DNA from: Octopus bimaculoides
Lineage: Eukaryota
NCBI RefSeq assembly: GCF_001194135.2
Contig: NC_068988.1
Coordinates: 68,440,656-68,479,683, forward strand
DNA: 39,028 nt
Direction of reading: 5' to 3'
Shown here: positions 1 through 10,584 of the stretch, piece by piece
How the letters are laid out: each line of letters opens with the position of its first letter
Position numbering within the stretch: position 1 is the stretch's first letter
Notes under the pieces: model-generated
The model's database searches: none
What the model saw: the letters and a program-made list of their open reading frames with translations, nothing else
What the model was told of the DNA's origin: nothing
Made by a program: the position numbers and the translations under genes

Positions 1-39
1 GTGATAGGTAGCAATCAGAGAGGAGGAAAGATGGCATAA

Positions 40-170
40 TGACATACGTACGCGCGCACACACGTGCATATACATGTGTGCATATGCATACATGCACACA
101 CATATATACATATATATATACATATGCATATACATACATATACATATATATACATGTGTATATGTATATA

Positions 171-202
<32 letters not shown>

Positions 203-410
203 CATATATACATATATGTATATATATATACACGCGCATCCGTAAATGTATTCATACACTCATATACGTGTGCATACATATACGCATGCATTCGCACGCA
301 AATACATACGCGCAGGCGCACACGCGCTTACACAAAGTCACACGCACGCGCACATACAGGTACTCAGGTGTACATATCTACACATACACACACTCATATA
401 TGTATATATA
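40..410. repeat. Compound alternating purine-pyrimidine microsatellite tract (TA/CA/CG)
   Basis: Continuous (TA)n/(CA)n/(GC)n mosaic. It explains the YI/HT-type ORFs in the track. Confidence 0.9.
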
Positions 411-640
411 CATATCGCTGCTTAAAATTTATAGTTGGCCCTGTATATATCTGTATATTTGTGTAATGTGTTGAGGACGGGGCATTTATGAATGGGCTTG
501 TAGAGGGCAGATGCACCCATGACGGCAGTTACAAGGGGCTGTATTTCGGGGATTATTTTCAGGAATGAGGGTGGTAATACTGTCAGAGTAGAGATTATAG
601 ATAGGGGTGGAAATGTCTAAGTTATTAGTATTATTCTTAT
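405..640 (-). pseudogene. Degenerate Penelope-like element GIY-YIG endonuclease fragment
   Basis: Minus-strand translation across frameshifts gives PENNPRNTAPCNCRHGCICPLQ, then KCPVLNTLHK, then QIYTGPTINFKQRY. This matches the CNCR..CPL..C and YIG.T..FKxRY motifs of PLE endonucleases. Confidence 0.55.
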
Positions 641-666
641 TACTATCGTTATTAGTATTTATATCT

Positions 667-720
<54 letters not shown>

Positions 721-731
721 ATATATATATC

Positions 732-1166
732 CTTTTATTTGTTTCACTCATTTGACTGCGGCTATGCTGGAGCACTGCATTTAAGTGTCTTGTAGTCGAG
801 GAAATCGTTCCCAGGACATATTCTTTGTAAGCCTTGTACTTAATCTATCGGAATCTTTTGCTGAACCGCTACGTTACGGGAAATTAAACACACCAACATC
901 CTTTGTCAAGTGATTGTGGAGGAGAAATATAGACACAAAGACCTATACGCATAAATATTTATACACACACACAAACACTCTCTCTCACAAGCCCCCACAC
1001 ACACATATACGACGAGCCTCCTTTAGTTTCCGCTTGCCAAATCCATTCACAAGGTTTTGGTTGACCTGAAGGTATACAGAAAGCACTTGCCCAAGTTGCC
1101 ACGCAGAGAGTTTGGTCCAGGACCATGTGGTTGGAAAGCAAGCTTCTCATCACACAGACATCCCTG
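732..1166 (-). mobile_element. tRNA-derived SINE, family A (octopod OK/OR-like), diverged full-length copy
   Basis: The reverse complement is colinear with the copy at 3043-3458: head (..ttccaaccacatggtcc..cttgggcaagtg), central CA microsatellite and 3' gtgctccagcat.gcc.cagtcaaatga.tgaaac. Confidence 0.85.
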
Positions 1167-1176
1167 ATATATATGC

Positions 1177-1209
<33 letters not shown>

Positions 1210-1304
1210 CGCGCGTATGTATGTATGTATGTGAGGCGTGTATATAATGGAATACTTACTATGAAGCATTGTATAGAATATATATTGTATAAAAGATCGT
1301 GGGT

Positions 1305-1591
1305 AAGGCCAAAACGATGCGAAGTAAATGCAAGGTAAATCACAAGAAAACAAATATGTGAGTTAATGTAGACTTACCTTGAATTCAATATTTCGGGGTT
1401 ATGACTCCCTTTTCAAGAAATTGACGAATGTTGCCGACGTGCGTGTGTGTGAGCAGACTCACGCACATTGGCAACATTCTTGGAAATGAGGTCATAACCC
1501 CGAAATACTGAATTCAAGGTAAGTGTACATTAATTCACATATTTGTTTTCTTGTGATTTACCTTGCATTTACTTTGCATTGTTTTGGCCTT
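1305..1591. repeat. Near-perfect fold-back (MITE-like), arms of about 130 bp
   Basis: The first ~100 bp of the two arms differ at 5 positions by eye. The centre also pairs (gtgcg/cgcac, tgag/ctca) down to a 4-nt loop. Confidence 0.9.
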
Positions 1592-1662
1592 CATAAAATA
1601 TATATATTTGCGTGTGTGAGTGGGTGCATGTGTATGCATATGCGTGTGCGTGTGCGTGTATG

Positions 1663-1723
<61 letters not shown>

Positions 1724-1830
1724 CATAAATAATCCCAGTCGTGTATCTTGCACATGTTAAAAAATAAATGTATGTATGTGCCTGTGCACATATGTGTTAA
1801 TGTTATGTATGCGTTTGTGTGAGCTTTACT

Positions 1831-1841
1831 TTGTGTGTGTA

Positions 1842-1935
<94 letters not shown>

Positions 1936-1946
1936 TGTGTGTGTGT
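1831..1946. repeat. (GT)n microsatellite
   Basis: Long, nearly perfect GT run. Confidence 0.95.
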
Positions 1947-3042
1947 ACTTTGTTGCCAGAGAGGTGAAATAATGTGACTGAAAAATATTTGATTAAATTG
2001 CTGATAATATTCTCGGTGACTATATTTTGTCTTATATTTTCGAAGTCTTAATTGTGTCTGCGCTACAGGTATTAAGAAGACAAAAAACAGAAAAACTTTT
2101 CTTATATTGTTACTTACACATTTGTCAGTAATGGTATGATACGCATTTCCGTAATTACTTACTTTACGAAAATGATTCAAGAAAAACATATTTTTTTAAA
2201 AGTCTGTCAGCTTTTGGATGATTAACATGTTAAAGTACAGAAACACATCATCTCTATGTGGATCTATGATATGGAAGAGGAAAGTTCAAATTGAAATAGC
2301 AAATATAATCAAACTACATCGTTAATTTCAATTAAGTCATTTACTTCTGTTTTGTTCAATATTTATGCTGGATTTTTTGTTAATGCATAGAGAATATCTA
2401 TAGCTCACTAGCTTTCCATGCATCTGGAGCATATTTGCCTTTTTTGTGACTTACTAATTTTGAAAACTGATTTAACAAATTCAAGCACCCTAGTAATTAG
2501 CTGTGTAATTATGTATTAGTCTTTCATATCTAATTGTAGTACTTCACTGTTAAATTTTAGAAGTAAATTCAAATTAACTAATCACGTTTTCCGTATTATC
2601 CATGTCAAATTTTCAGAACCTTAGATTTCCTAAAAGTCAAAACTTTTCAAGTAGAATTTAAAACTATAATGGACATTCAACTCTAATGTTGGAATGACAT
2701 TCAAACATTCTCCATTTGAAAGTTGTTGATATTCTGTTTTATTTTTTAAATTTAACATTAATTCCAGAAAATTCATTAGAAAATCTATATGTGCACGGGT
2801 ACAAGTAGTCATGAATATATAGAGTATTGAATATACACGAATATACATCAAATATATAAATACTACGAAATATTATTAGCAGCAAAATGCTGGCCTTGTA
2901 CATTATTAGGAACACTACCTCTCATTTACCCGTCACTTTTTATGGCCAGTTCGTTTTACAGCTTAAGAATATTCGAAATTGAGAAAAAAAAGGCATTAAA
3001 TATTTAAAAAAACTGAACTTTTTCGAAGAGCTTTACAATTTA

Positions 3043-3458
3043 GGCGTAGGAGTGGCTGTGTGGTAAGTAGCTTGCTTACCAACCACATGGTCCCGGGTTC
3101 AGTCCCACTGCGTGGCATCTTGGGCAAGTGTCTTCTACTATAGCCTCGGGCCGACCAATGCCTTGTGAGTGGATTTGGTAGACGGAAACTGAAAGAAGCC
3201 TGTCGTATATATGTATATATATATGTATGTGTGTATGTGTTTGTATGTCTGTGTTTGTCCGCCCCCCCCCAACATCGCTTGACAACCGATGCTGGTGTGT
3301 TTATGTCCCCGTAACTTAGCGGTTCGGCAAAAGTGACCGAAAGAATAAGTACTAGGCTTCCAAAGAATAAGTCCTGGGGTCAATTTGCTCGACTAAAGGC
3401 GGTGCTCCAGCATGGCCACAGTCAAAAGACTGAAACAAGTAAAAGAGTAAAAGAGTAA
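3043..3458 (+). mobile_element. tRNA-derived SINE, family A, best-preserved full-length copy
   Basis: A-box-like TGGCTGTGTGG, B-box-like GGTTCAGTCCC, central (TA)/(TG) tract, conserved body and a (GTAAAAGA)n tail. Homologous copies recur across the window. Confidence 0.93.
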
Positions 3459-3919
3459 ATGTAAATTTTATAAATTACAAAAACTGAATTATAAAAAAAA
3501 AAAGGCATTTAGGAAATCAGTGCAAAAGATAAAATGCCAATTTTATGCCAGTAGCAGTAGATGAATTAAATGACGATTATTAGAAGTGAGTTTAGCAAAT
3601 ATGAATCGGCTAGTTTGTTGCAAAATTTGTCTGGTCACGTTCATTCGATTTCTTGAACATCTCGTTCTCAGTGTGTTGGACAAGTAGTTTGTAAAAAATG
3701 TGAATGGTGTTAATTTTTTTAATATACGGATTTCTACATTTCTTTTTCTATCACCGGAATACCGTCGAAGTTCCCTCTTTTCCCAATGAGAAATATTGCT
3801 GTTGTATATTGCAGATGAGAGAGAAAATATATTTCATGATAAGAAACATTTTTAGTTGGGAGTAGAAACCAATTACAATTCTACGAGAATTTGTGTAACG
3901 CATCTATTGAGAAACCTAA

Positions 3920-4204
3920 TCTCTTACTTGTTTCAGTCATTTAGTTGCGACCATACTGGGGTACCCTTGAAGGGCTTTACTCTAACAAATCGACCCCAGG
4001 ACACGTTTTTTTAAAGTTTAGTATTTATTCTGTCGGAGTCCTTTTGCTGAACAGCTAGGTTACAGGCATGTAAACATAACAACACCGGTTGTCAAGCGGT
4101 ATTGGGACAAACATACACACACACACATATGCCCAAGGTGCCATGCAGTGGGACTGAATCCAGTGTTATGTGATTAGGAAGCAAGATTCTTACTACACAG
4201 TCAT
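3920..4204 (-). mobile_element. SINE family A variant with internal deletion
   Basis: Tail (cttacttgtttcagtcatt), body and head (gcccaaggtgccatgcagtgggactgaa) are present. The segment between the head and the CA tract seen in other copies is missing. Confidence 0.78.
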
Positions 4205-4260
4205 GTGAATTTGATATGTGAATGGTATGTGAATTTGATATGTGAATGGTATGTGAATTT
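4203..4260. repeat. 24-bp tandem repeat ATGTGAATTTGATATGTGAATGGT, about 2.4 copies
   Basis: Perfect direct repeat abutting the SINE head. Confidence 0.9.
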
Positions 4261-5351
4261 GGTTTTCAGATACGATTTGAAACATTAAAAACTTTCACAA
4301 CATCGTGGCGAAGAAAGCCGAATTTTATGAATGCAAACTATTTCCCGTATAAAAATTGTCCGCTAGGGGACACCACGTGATTGTAAACCTCTTTCGTTTT
4401 CTCATTATAAATGGGACGAGCGAAAAATGTATTTAACAGTTGTATATTGAATTGGGGAATGAAAACAAATGTGTTTATGCATTCGGTATTTATTAAGTAT
4501 GCGTGTCGGTGGCTAGAGGACATTTTAAATAGTAACAATTTGACAAAAAATTATTTTTACAGTGTTGGCTGTTATTTGAAGTATGCCACGCATCCATATT
4601 CAAGCTATATGGAAGAAAATAAGATATTTGAAATCGTATTTTTCCCCCCAGAATCCTAATCGCTTTATTTTTGAAGTGGAATTCATAGAAACTTTGAAAA
4701 ATGTGAAAGAAAAATGTATGTGATGGTGGATATATATAAAATCTGTAAAAAATGTATTCGTTTTATTTTTTTTTTTATTTTTTTTTTTTTGGTGACAAAT
4801 GCGTAACCGGAGAAATTTTTGATATTTTACATCTGAAAAAACGAAAGAAAACGAAGATTGTTCAGGCAAGTAATCAACACATCTGCCACAATTTTTTTCC
4901 AATTTTCTACTGTTTATACCTACAAGCTGCCGATAAAGATGTCACCACTTTGCTCGCATTAGTTACTCGGTGCGTGAGTTACCGGCAGGGTGACAAATTG
5001 GGATGAGCTGTGTGATTGGACGAACACAACGAAAGATCCGTGATTGAGTGTAGATGACACCCAAAACATATGCATACNNNNNNNNNNNNNNNNNNNNNNN
5101 NNNNNNNNNNNNNNNNNNNNNNNNNNNNNNNNNNNNNNNNNNNNNNNNNNNNNNNNNNNNNNNNNNNNNNNNNNNNNNNNNNNNNNNNNNNNNNNNNNNN
5201 NNNNNNNNNNNNNNNNNNNNNNNNNNNNNNNNNNNNNNNNNNNNNNNNNNNNNNNNNNNNNNNNNNNNNNNNNNNNNNNNNNNNNNNNNNNNNNNNNNNN
5301 NNNNNNNNNNNNNNNNNNNNNNNNTGTGTGTGTGTGTGTGTGTATGTGTGT

Positions 5352-5393
<42 letters not shown>

Positions 5394-5606
5394 GCACGCT
5401 TGTGTACGTGAACTATATGCAGAAAGAGAGAGAGAGAGATAGAGACGGAGAGAGGCAGCGGGTACAGAAATGAACGAATGTCTATTTCATGTGTAAAAAT
5501 AGAGAAATTATGTCTGTTGTCATAGTGATGTTCTATGGCGTGAAAGCCGTGTAAATTGTGTGTATGTGTTAACATAAGTGACTCTTTTAACACAGGAAAA
5601 CTGAAA

Positions 5607-6378
5607 GGTGTGACTCCTTGCCCTAATATGGGGAGAGAGTCCGATTTGTGTGTCTTAACATAACGTGTATTGGTCTATTGCGCGTCATTGTGTTCGCGCA
5701 CGTGTGTGAATGAGTGTGTGTGAGTGTGTGTGTTTGCGCGCATGCGTGTGGGCTTGTGTGATTTAACTTCGATCGTAAGATGCGCGGTTGCAAATGTGCA
5801 GAGAGCTTTAAGTGTGTACGTGTGTATGTAGCACAGTAGGGTGTACGATGAGTGTTGATAAAAAGAAAGTATAAGGTTTGCTCGCGTGTATTTTGTTCGA
5901 AAATATACTGACTACAGGCTGTATGTGAGTTAACACAGACTGTAAAGAGTGTCAGGGTGTTAACACAATGTTAACGATGTGTGTGTGTATGTGAATGTGT
6001 GTATTTGTGTGTCAGAGTTGAGACAGGAGGTTTAAGATATGTGCGTCTTAANNNNNNNNNNNNNNNNNNNNNNNNNNNNNNNNNNNNNNNNNNNNNNNNN
6101 NNNNNNNNNNNNNNNNNNNNNNNNNNNNNNNNNNNNNNNNNNNNNNNNNNNNNNNNNNNNNNNNNNNNNNNNNNNNNNNNNNNNNNNNNNNNNNNNNNNN
6201 NNNNNNNNNNNNNNNNNNNNNNNNNNNNNNNNNNNNNNNNNNNNNNNNNNNNNGGTGTGACTCCTTGCCCTAATATGGGGAGAGAGTCCGATTTGTGTGT
6301 CTTAACATAACGTGTATTGGTCTATTGCGCGTCATTGTGTTCGCGCACGTGTGTGAATGAGTGTGTGTGAGTGTGTGT
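5607..6378. repeat. 125-bp identical direct repeat (5607-5731 = 6254-6378) spanning an assembly gap
   Basis: Base-for-base identity. The second copy starts exactly at the gap edge. Confidence 0.9.
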
Positions 6379-6767
6379 TTGTAACACGGAAGTAACTAAG
6401 GAGGGAAATAACGTGTGTATATGTATATATATATTATTTATATGCATACATGCATATGTGTATATGAGTGTGTGTCTATGCTTATATTTATATTATTATG
6501 TCTATATGTATGGATATAAATACGTATCAATATGTGTATATATACATATGTATTTACTTACATGTATACATGTGTGCGTCCGTGTATGAGTATATGTTAC
6601 TGTATACGTCTACGCATGTATGTGTGTATATTCGTATTTATGTATGTATGTATGCATGTATTCGCATGAAAATGTAAGCAAAAGAGAATGGATTGAACAA
6701 ACAGGTTTTATTGCATGATACTTCAATTGTTTCCTCCCCTCTTTCTCGGCAGAACATGGCTGAAAGC

Positions 6768-6892
6768 TGCTGGTGTGGCTCTGTGGTAAGAAGCTTGCTC
6801 CCCCACTACATGCTTCTAAGTCCAGTCCCATTGTATGACACCTTGAGCAGGTGACTTCTCGTGTGGATTTGGCAGACAGAGACGGAAAGATA

Positions 6893-6948
<56 letters not shown>

Positions 6949-7228
6949 ATTGTATACATGTATGTGTGGATCGATAGTTGTCTTGGTCTCTATGTGTGAG
7001 TGTGTGCCTATGTTTGACCCCAACCACCGCTTGACAACTACTGTTGGTGTGTTCACTTACACGTAATCTAGCTGTTCGGTAAAAAAAAATAAACAAAACA
7101 AAAACAATAGAACTAGGTTTTTAAAAAGTCAGTACAGGTCTCAAAAAATTCCACTAGAAATTTTCAAAGCGGTGCCCCAGCCTGGCCGTAGTCTAGTCAA
7201 TGAAACAAGTAAACAAGTAAAAAAGAAA
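6768..7228 (+). mobile_element. SINE family A, old diverged copy with expanded (TA)n
   Basis: Head gtgtggctctgtggtaagaagcttgct, body cgcttgacaac..tggtgtgtt, 3' gcggtgccccagc.tggcc and tail tgaaacaagtaaa. Confidence 0.75.
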
Positions 7229-7346
7229 CCGATAGTAAGTAAAACATCATATACGTGATATGCAAGATATATTGGTAAATGTAGATTTTTGAGATATCAG
7301 CACTAAAAGATTAATCTGTAAACAAAACTACAAGTTTCATACTCAA

Positions 7347-7413
7347 ACTTAATTCCCATACACATACACTCACACACGCTCATACACAGACACATACACA
7401 CACACATTTATGA

Positions 7414-7454
<41 letters not shown>

Positions 7455-7800
7455 GGTATGTATGTATATGTGTGTGTGTGTGTGAGTGTGTGTGGGTGTA
7501 AGTATAAATGTGTATATAAGTACGCATTATATATATATATATATATATATATANNNNNNNNNNNNNNNNNNNNNNNNNNNNNNNNNNNNNNNNNNNNNNN
7601 NNNNNNNNNNNNNNNNNNNNNNNNNNNNNNNNNNNNNNNNNNNNNNNNNNNNNNNNNNNNNNNNNNNNNNNNNNNNNNNNNNNNNNNNNNNNNNNNNNNN
7701 NNNNNNNNNNNNNNNNNNNACTTAATTCCCATACACATACACTCACACACGCTCATACACAGACACATACACACACACATTTATGAGTATATATATATAT
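7347..7800. repeat. 81-bp identical direct repeat (7347-7427 = 7720-7800) spanning a gap
   Basis: Identical sequence. The second copy starts at the gap edge and ends in a (TA)n tract. Confidence 0.85.
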
Positions 7801-8863
7801 ACAATATACATATATATATATATATACACTGTTCCGGGATGGTAACATAAAAAGAAAGTTGTCCATTTGGAGAAAGAAAAATATTATCTAATAAACACGA
7901 TGTTTGTTTTTATGTCCTACTATTTGTTTCATGTGCTGAGAACATGCCAAACAGTGTTTATAACACATCTGGTGTCCTAGCACAATCATCAGACACTGAC
8001 CACATGACATAACGAATTAAAAATTGGACGAGAGAAAACAGACGAAAAAGGAGAATAAAAGGTAGAAGGTTGATATATCGGAAAACGAAAAATATATCAG
8101 AAAAAAGCAAAATGAGGAATAAGAGTTATTTCCCTTTTACTCTAAATTACAAAAGACATTTCGGCCAGCGAAGCAATCGTGGGACTGCATCAGATTAATG
8201 GAAAATTGTTTTCATTATGACGAAATATAAACACACGGACACCCCGCCACATACACAGACTCACACACAGAGACAAACGCAGAAACACACATACACTCAC
8301 ACACTAACACACAAATACAGACATATATACATACATCTATCTATATGTATATATATATGTATATATGTGTGTGTGTGTATGTGTGTGCGTATGTATATAG
8401 TCACATCAAATAAACGAATGTTAATAACGATAACAAGTAACAAGAGGACGTGCACATGCAATGTATTAGTTTGATCCACAATAAAAACATTCTTTCACGT
8501 ATCGAGCATAGCTCTACGTCAGAAAAAAAAGGGAAAAGGGAAAAGTCCAACGAAGGGGAAAAAATCACCTACATCACGTGCTACATTCATATTTTACATG
8601 TTCCCCTTTCAATTTTCACTACATTTCCAACAACACATCGTTGCTAATTACCAAGCTTTTTACCATTCTTAATACAGTACCTTGCCAAAGTCCTCGGCCA
8701 CTTTAAACTATTATAAATATCTATTAGCATTAGTTTCGCGTTGCGTTTTTTACAGATGAAACACGGGCGCTGTTGGAGTCATTTCCATTTCTCATTATTA
8801 TATTTTGTATTGGGGACTCTCAATGAGAGGGGAAGATGCTAGACGATAACCAAAAAATAGACG

Positions 8864-9092
8864 TGCACGAGATCTGTGGCATGGGGCTCCATCGTGCTGT
8901 AAAATCTAACCTTCACCCAGGTCTGCTTTTAAATTGTCCTTCAGCAACTGAATGTATTTGGTACTAGTCAAGGTACCGTCAATTTTAATCAACTTTCTTG
9001 AACCATCACGGTAACTTCAATAGTGCCAAATTCATCTAGTAGGACAGGGTGAGATTTTTTAGCATGGGTGAGCTCTACGTCTCAGATGAGGC
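8864..9092 (-). pseudogene. Tc1 transposase middle segment (second catalytic D), inverted
   Basis: Minus translation IWHY*SYRDGSRKLIKIDGTLTSTKYIQLLKDNLKADLGEG*ILQHDGAPCHRSRA. Confidence 0.88.
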
Positions 9093-9357
9093 GCAACACA
9101 ACAGAGTCTGGCTGATGAAGGTGTTACCGTATTGAAAGATTGGCCAGCTCAGAGCCCTGACTTAAATATCATCGAGCAAATGTGGACAGAACTAAAGAGA
9201 AGAGTTTGTCAGAGGAATTTAAGCAATCTTGAAGAGTTGTGAGAGCTCAGCCACAAGAATGGCATCTCATATTTGTGAAGATGGTGAAAGATTTGTACAC
9301 ATTTTTTCCAAGCGCGTTGAAACAGTTATTCAAGCTAAGGGAAGCCACACGAAATAT
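9093..9357 (+). pseudogene. Tc1 transposase C-terminal segment (catalytic E)
   Basis: Plus translation ATQQSLADEGVTVLKDWPAQSPDLNIIEQMWTELKRRVCQRNLSNLEEL*, and after a frameshift ETVIQAKGSHTKY. This is the canonical WPxQSPDLNxIE motif. Confidence 0.92.
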
Positions 9358-10224
9358 GAACAATGTACAGTAACTTCTTGAAATGAATATTATGTAATAC
9401 ATTTTCATTATAGACATTTTCCTGTTTTAAAACACTGTAACTTGATTGGATTATGTGAGGTGGCTGAACACTTTTCCACGGTCAATTTTGGCGGTTGTTT
9501 CGCATCTTCTTCTCTCATTCAGAACCCCTACCACAAAATATAATGATTTGATATGGAAATGACCCCAACAGGGCCAATGTTTCATCTGTAAATAACGCAA
9601 TGCGAAACGTTAACTTATAAGTTGGCAATTTGTAGTAATTTATAAGAGTTTAAAGTACCGAAGACTTTTTCACGGTACTGTATGGTGACTCCAGCTATTC
9701 CTTCTAGCCAACATTCTCACTCTCTGTCTTTCTCTTTCTGTCTTACTCTTTGTATTATCCGTTATTCATTGTCACATGCACTTTTTTCTCTCCATGCTCT
9801 CATTATTTTTCGTTGGAACTCTCATTGATTCAATCCTACAGATGATGCCGAGTGATTTCCAATATTCGTTTTTTCGATCCGCCTTCATTTTGTTTATGTG
9901 GAACCACTCATTCGGCAAGTTCTAATGTTCGTTCTTTGTCTCCCATTTTGCAATGTGACGAAATCTTATCTCCGTCATCCTACGTATTTGAATTCACTTA
10001 GTTCACTGCATGTTGTACCCAGTCGAAGGAGAACAACATATATCATTTGCTTGAATAGTATTACATATATATCTTCATACTTTTATGTTTACGGCGTATG
10101 TTGAAATTTTTTATCACTTCAGTCATATTCTTCATAATATTTAGCACTCCCGGGATCCGTACTGCGAGTGCTAGGACTTTAGAAAAATTATTGTGAACAT
10201 AAAGCATACAAAATAGGTTGATAC

Positions 10225-10434
10225 CCTTATTCATGGCTGACAAGTGTTCTTCCATAAATATTGTCCTAATATTATATCATTTATATATCACACTGTGATT
10301 CTCCTTATCCACACTCACACACAAGCACTCACTCATACACACACACATACAAACATACATACATACATGCATACAAACGTACACAGCTGTGTGTACTGTG
10401 TGTGCGTGTGTGTGTGGGTGCTGTGTGTGTGTGT

Positions 10435-10494
<60 letters not shown>

Positions 10495-10584
10495 TTGTGG
10501 ATAAGGAAAATCACAGTATGATATACAAATGATATGATATTAGGACAACATTTATGGAAGAACTTTTGTCAGCCATGTATAAGG
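10225..10584. repeat. Fold-back with unique arms of about 95 bp and a mirrored (CA)n/(TG)n core
   Basis: 10225-10320 versus the reverse complement of 10487-10584 shows about 9 mismatches by eye. The axis lies near ACACAGCTGTGT (10381-10392). Confidence 0.9.

Larger units (their letters stand above)
8675..9680 (+). mobile_element. Deleted and internally inverted Tc1-type DNA transposon with TIRs of about 185-220 bp and TA target duplication
   Basis: TA|cagtaccttgccaaagtc... at the left end and ...cacggtactg|TA at the right. 8675-8857 aligns with the reverse complement of 9490-9680. A second copy of the terminal motif lies at 9460-9482. Transposase fragments lie inside. Confidence 0.9.

Noticed and set aside
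15-474. YI/HT/CV-rich ORFs here and throughout the track
   Set aside because: These are translations of dinucleotide microsatellites with no domain content.
3043-3130. tRNA gene
   Set aside because: A/B boxes are present but there is no cloverleaf. It is a SINE head repeated with the same body elsewhere.
4203-4260. CRISPR-like or regulatory iteron array
   Set aside because: It is a simple spacerless tandem duplication in eukaryotic DNA.
4300-5050. Possible DNA-transposon interior (gtccgctagggacaccacg)
   Set aside because: No TIR, TSD, second copy or coding motif could be demonstrated.
8745-8780. VAFFTDETR, resembling the first catalytic Asp motif of Tc1
   Set aside because: It lies inside the left TIR and is mirrored in the right TIR, so it is non-coding.
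9111-9140. CTGATGAAGG motif resembling a hammerhead core
   Set aside because: It is part of the transposase codons (ADEG), with no helix II/GAAAC/helix I context.
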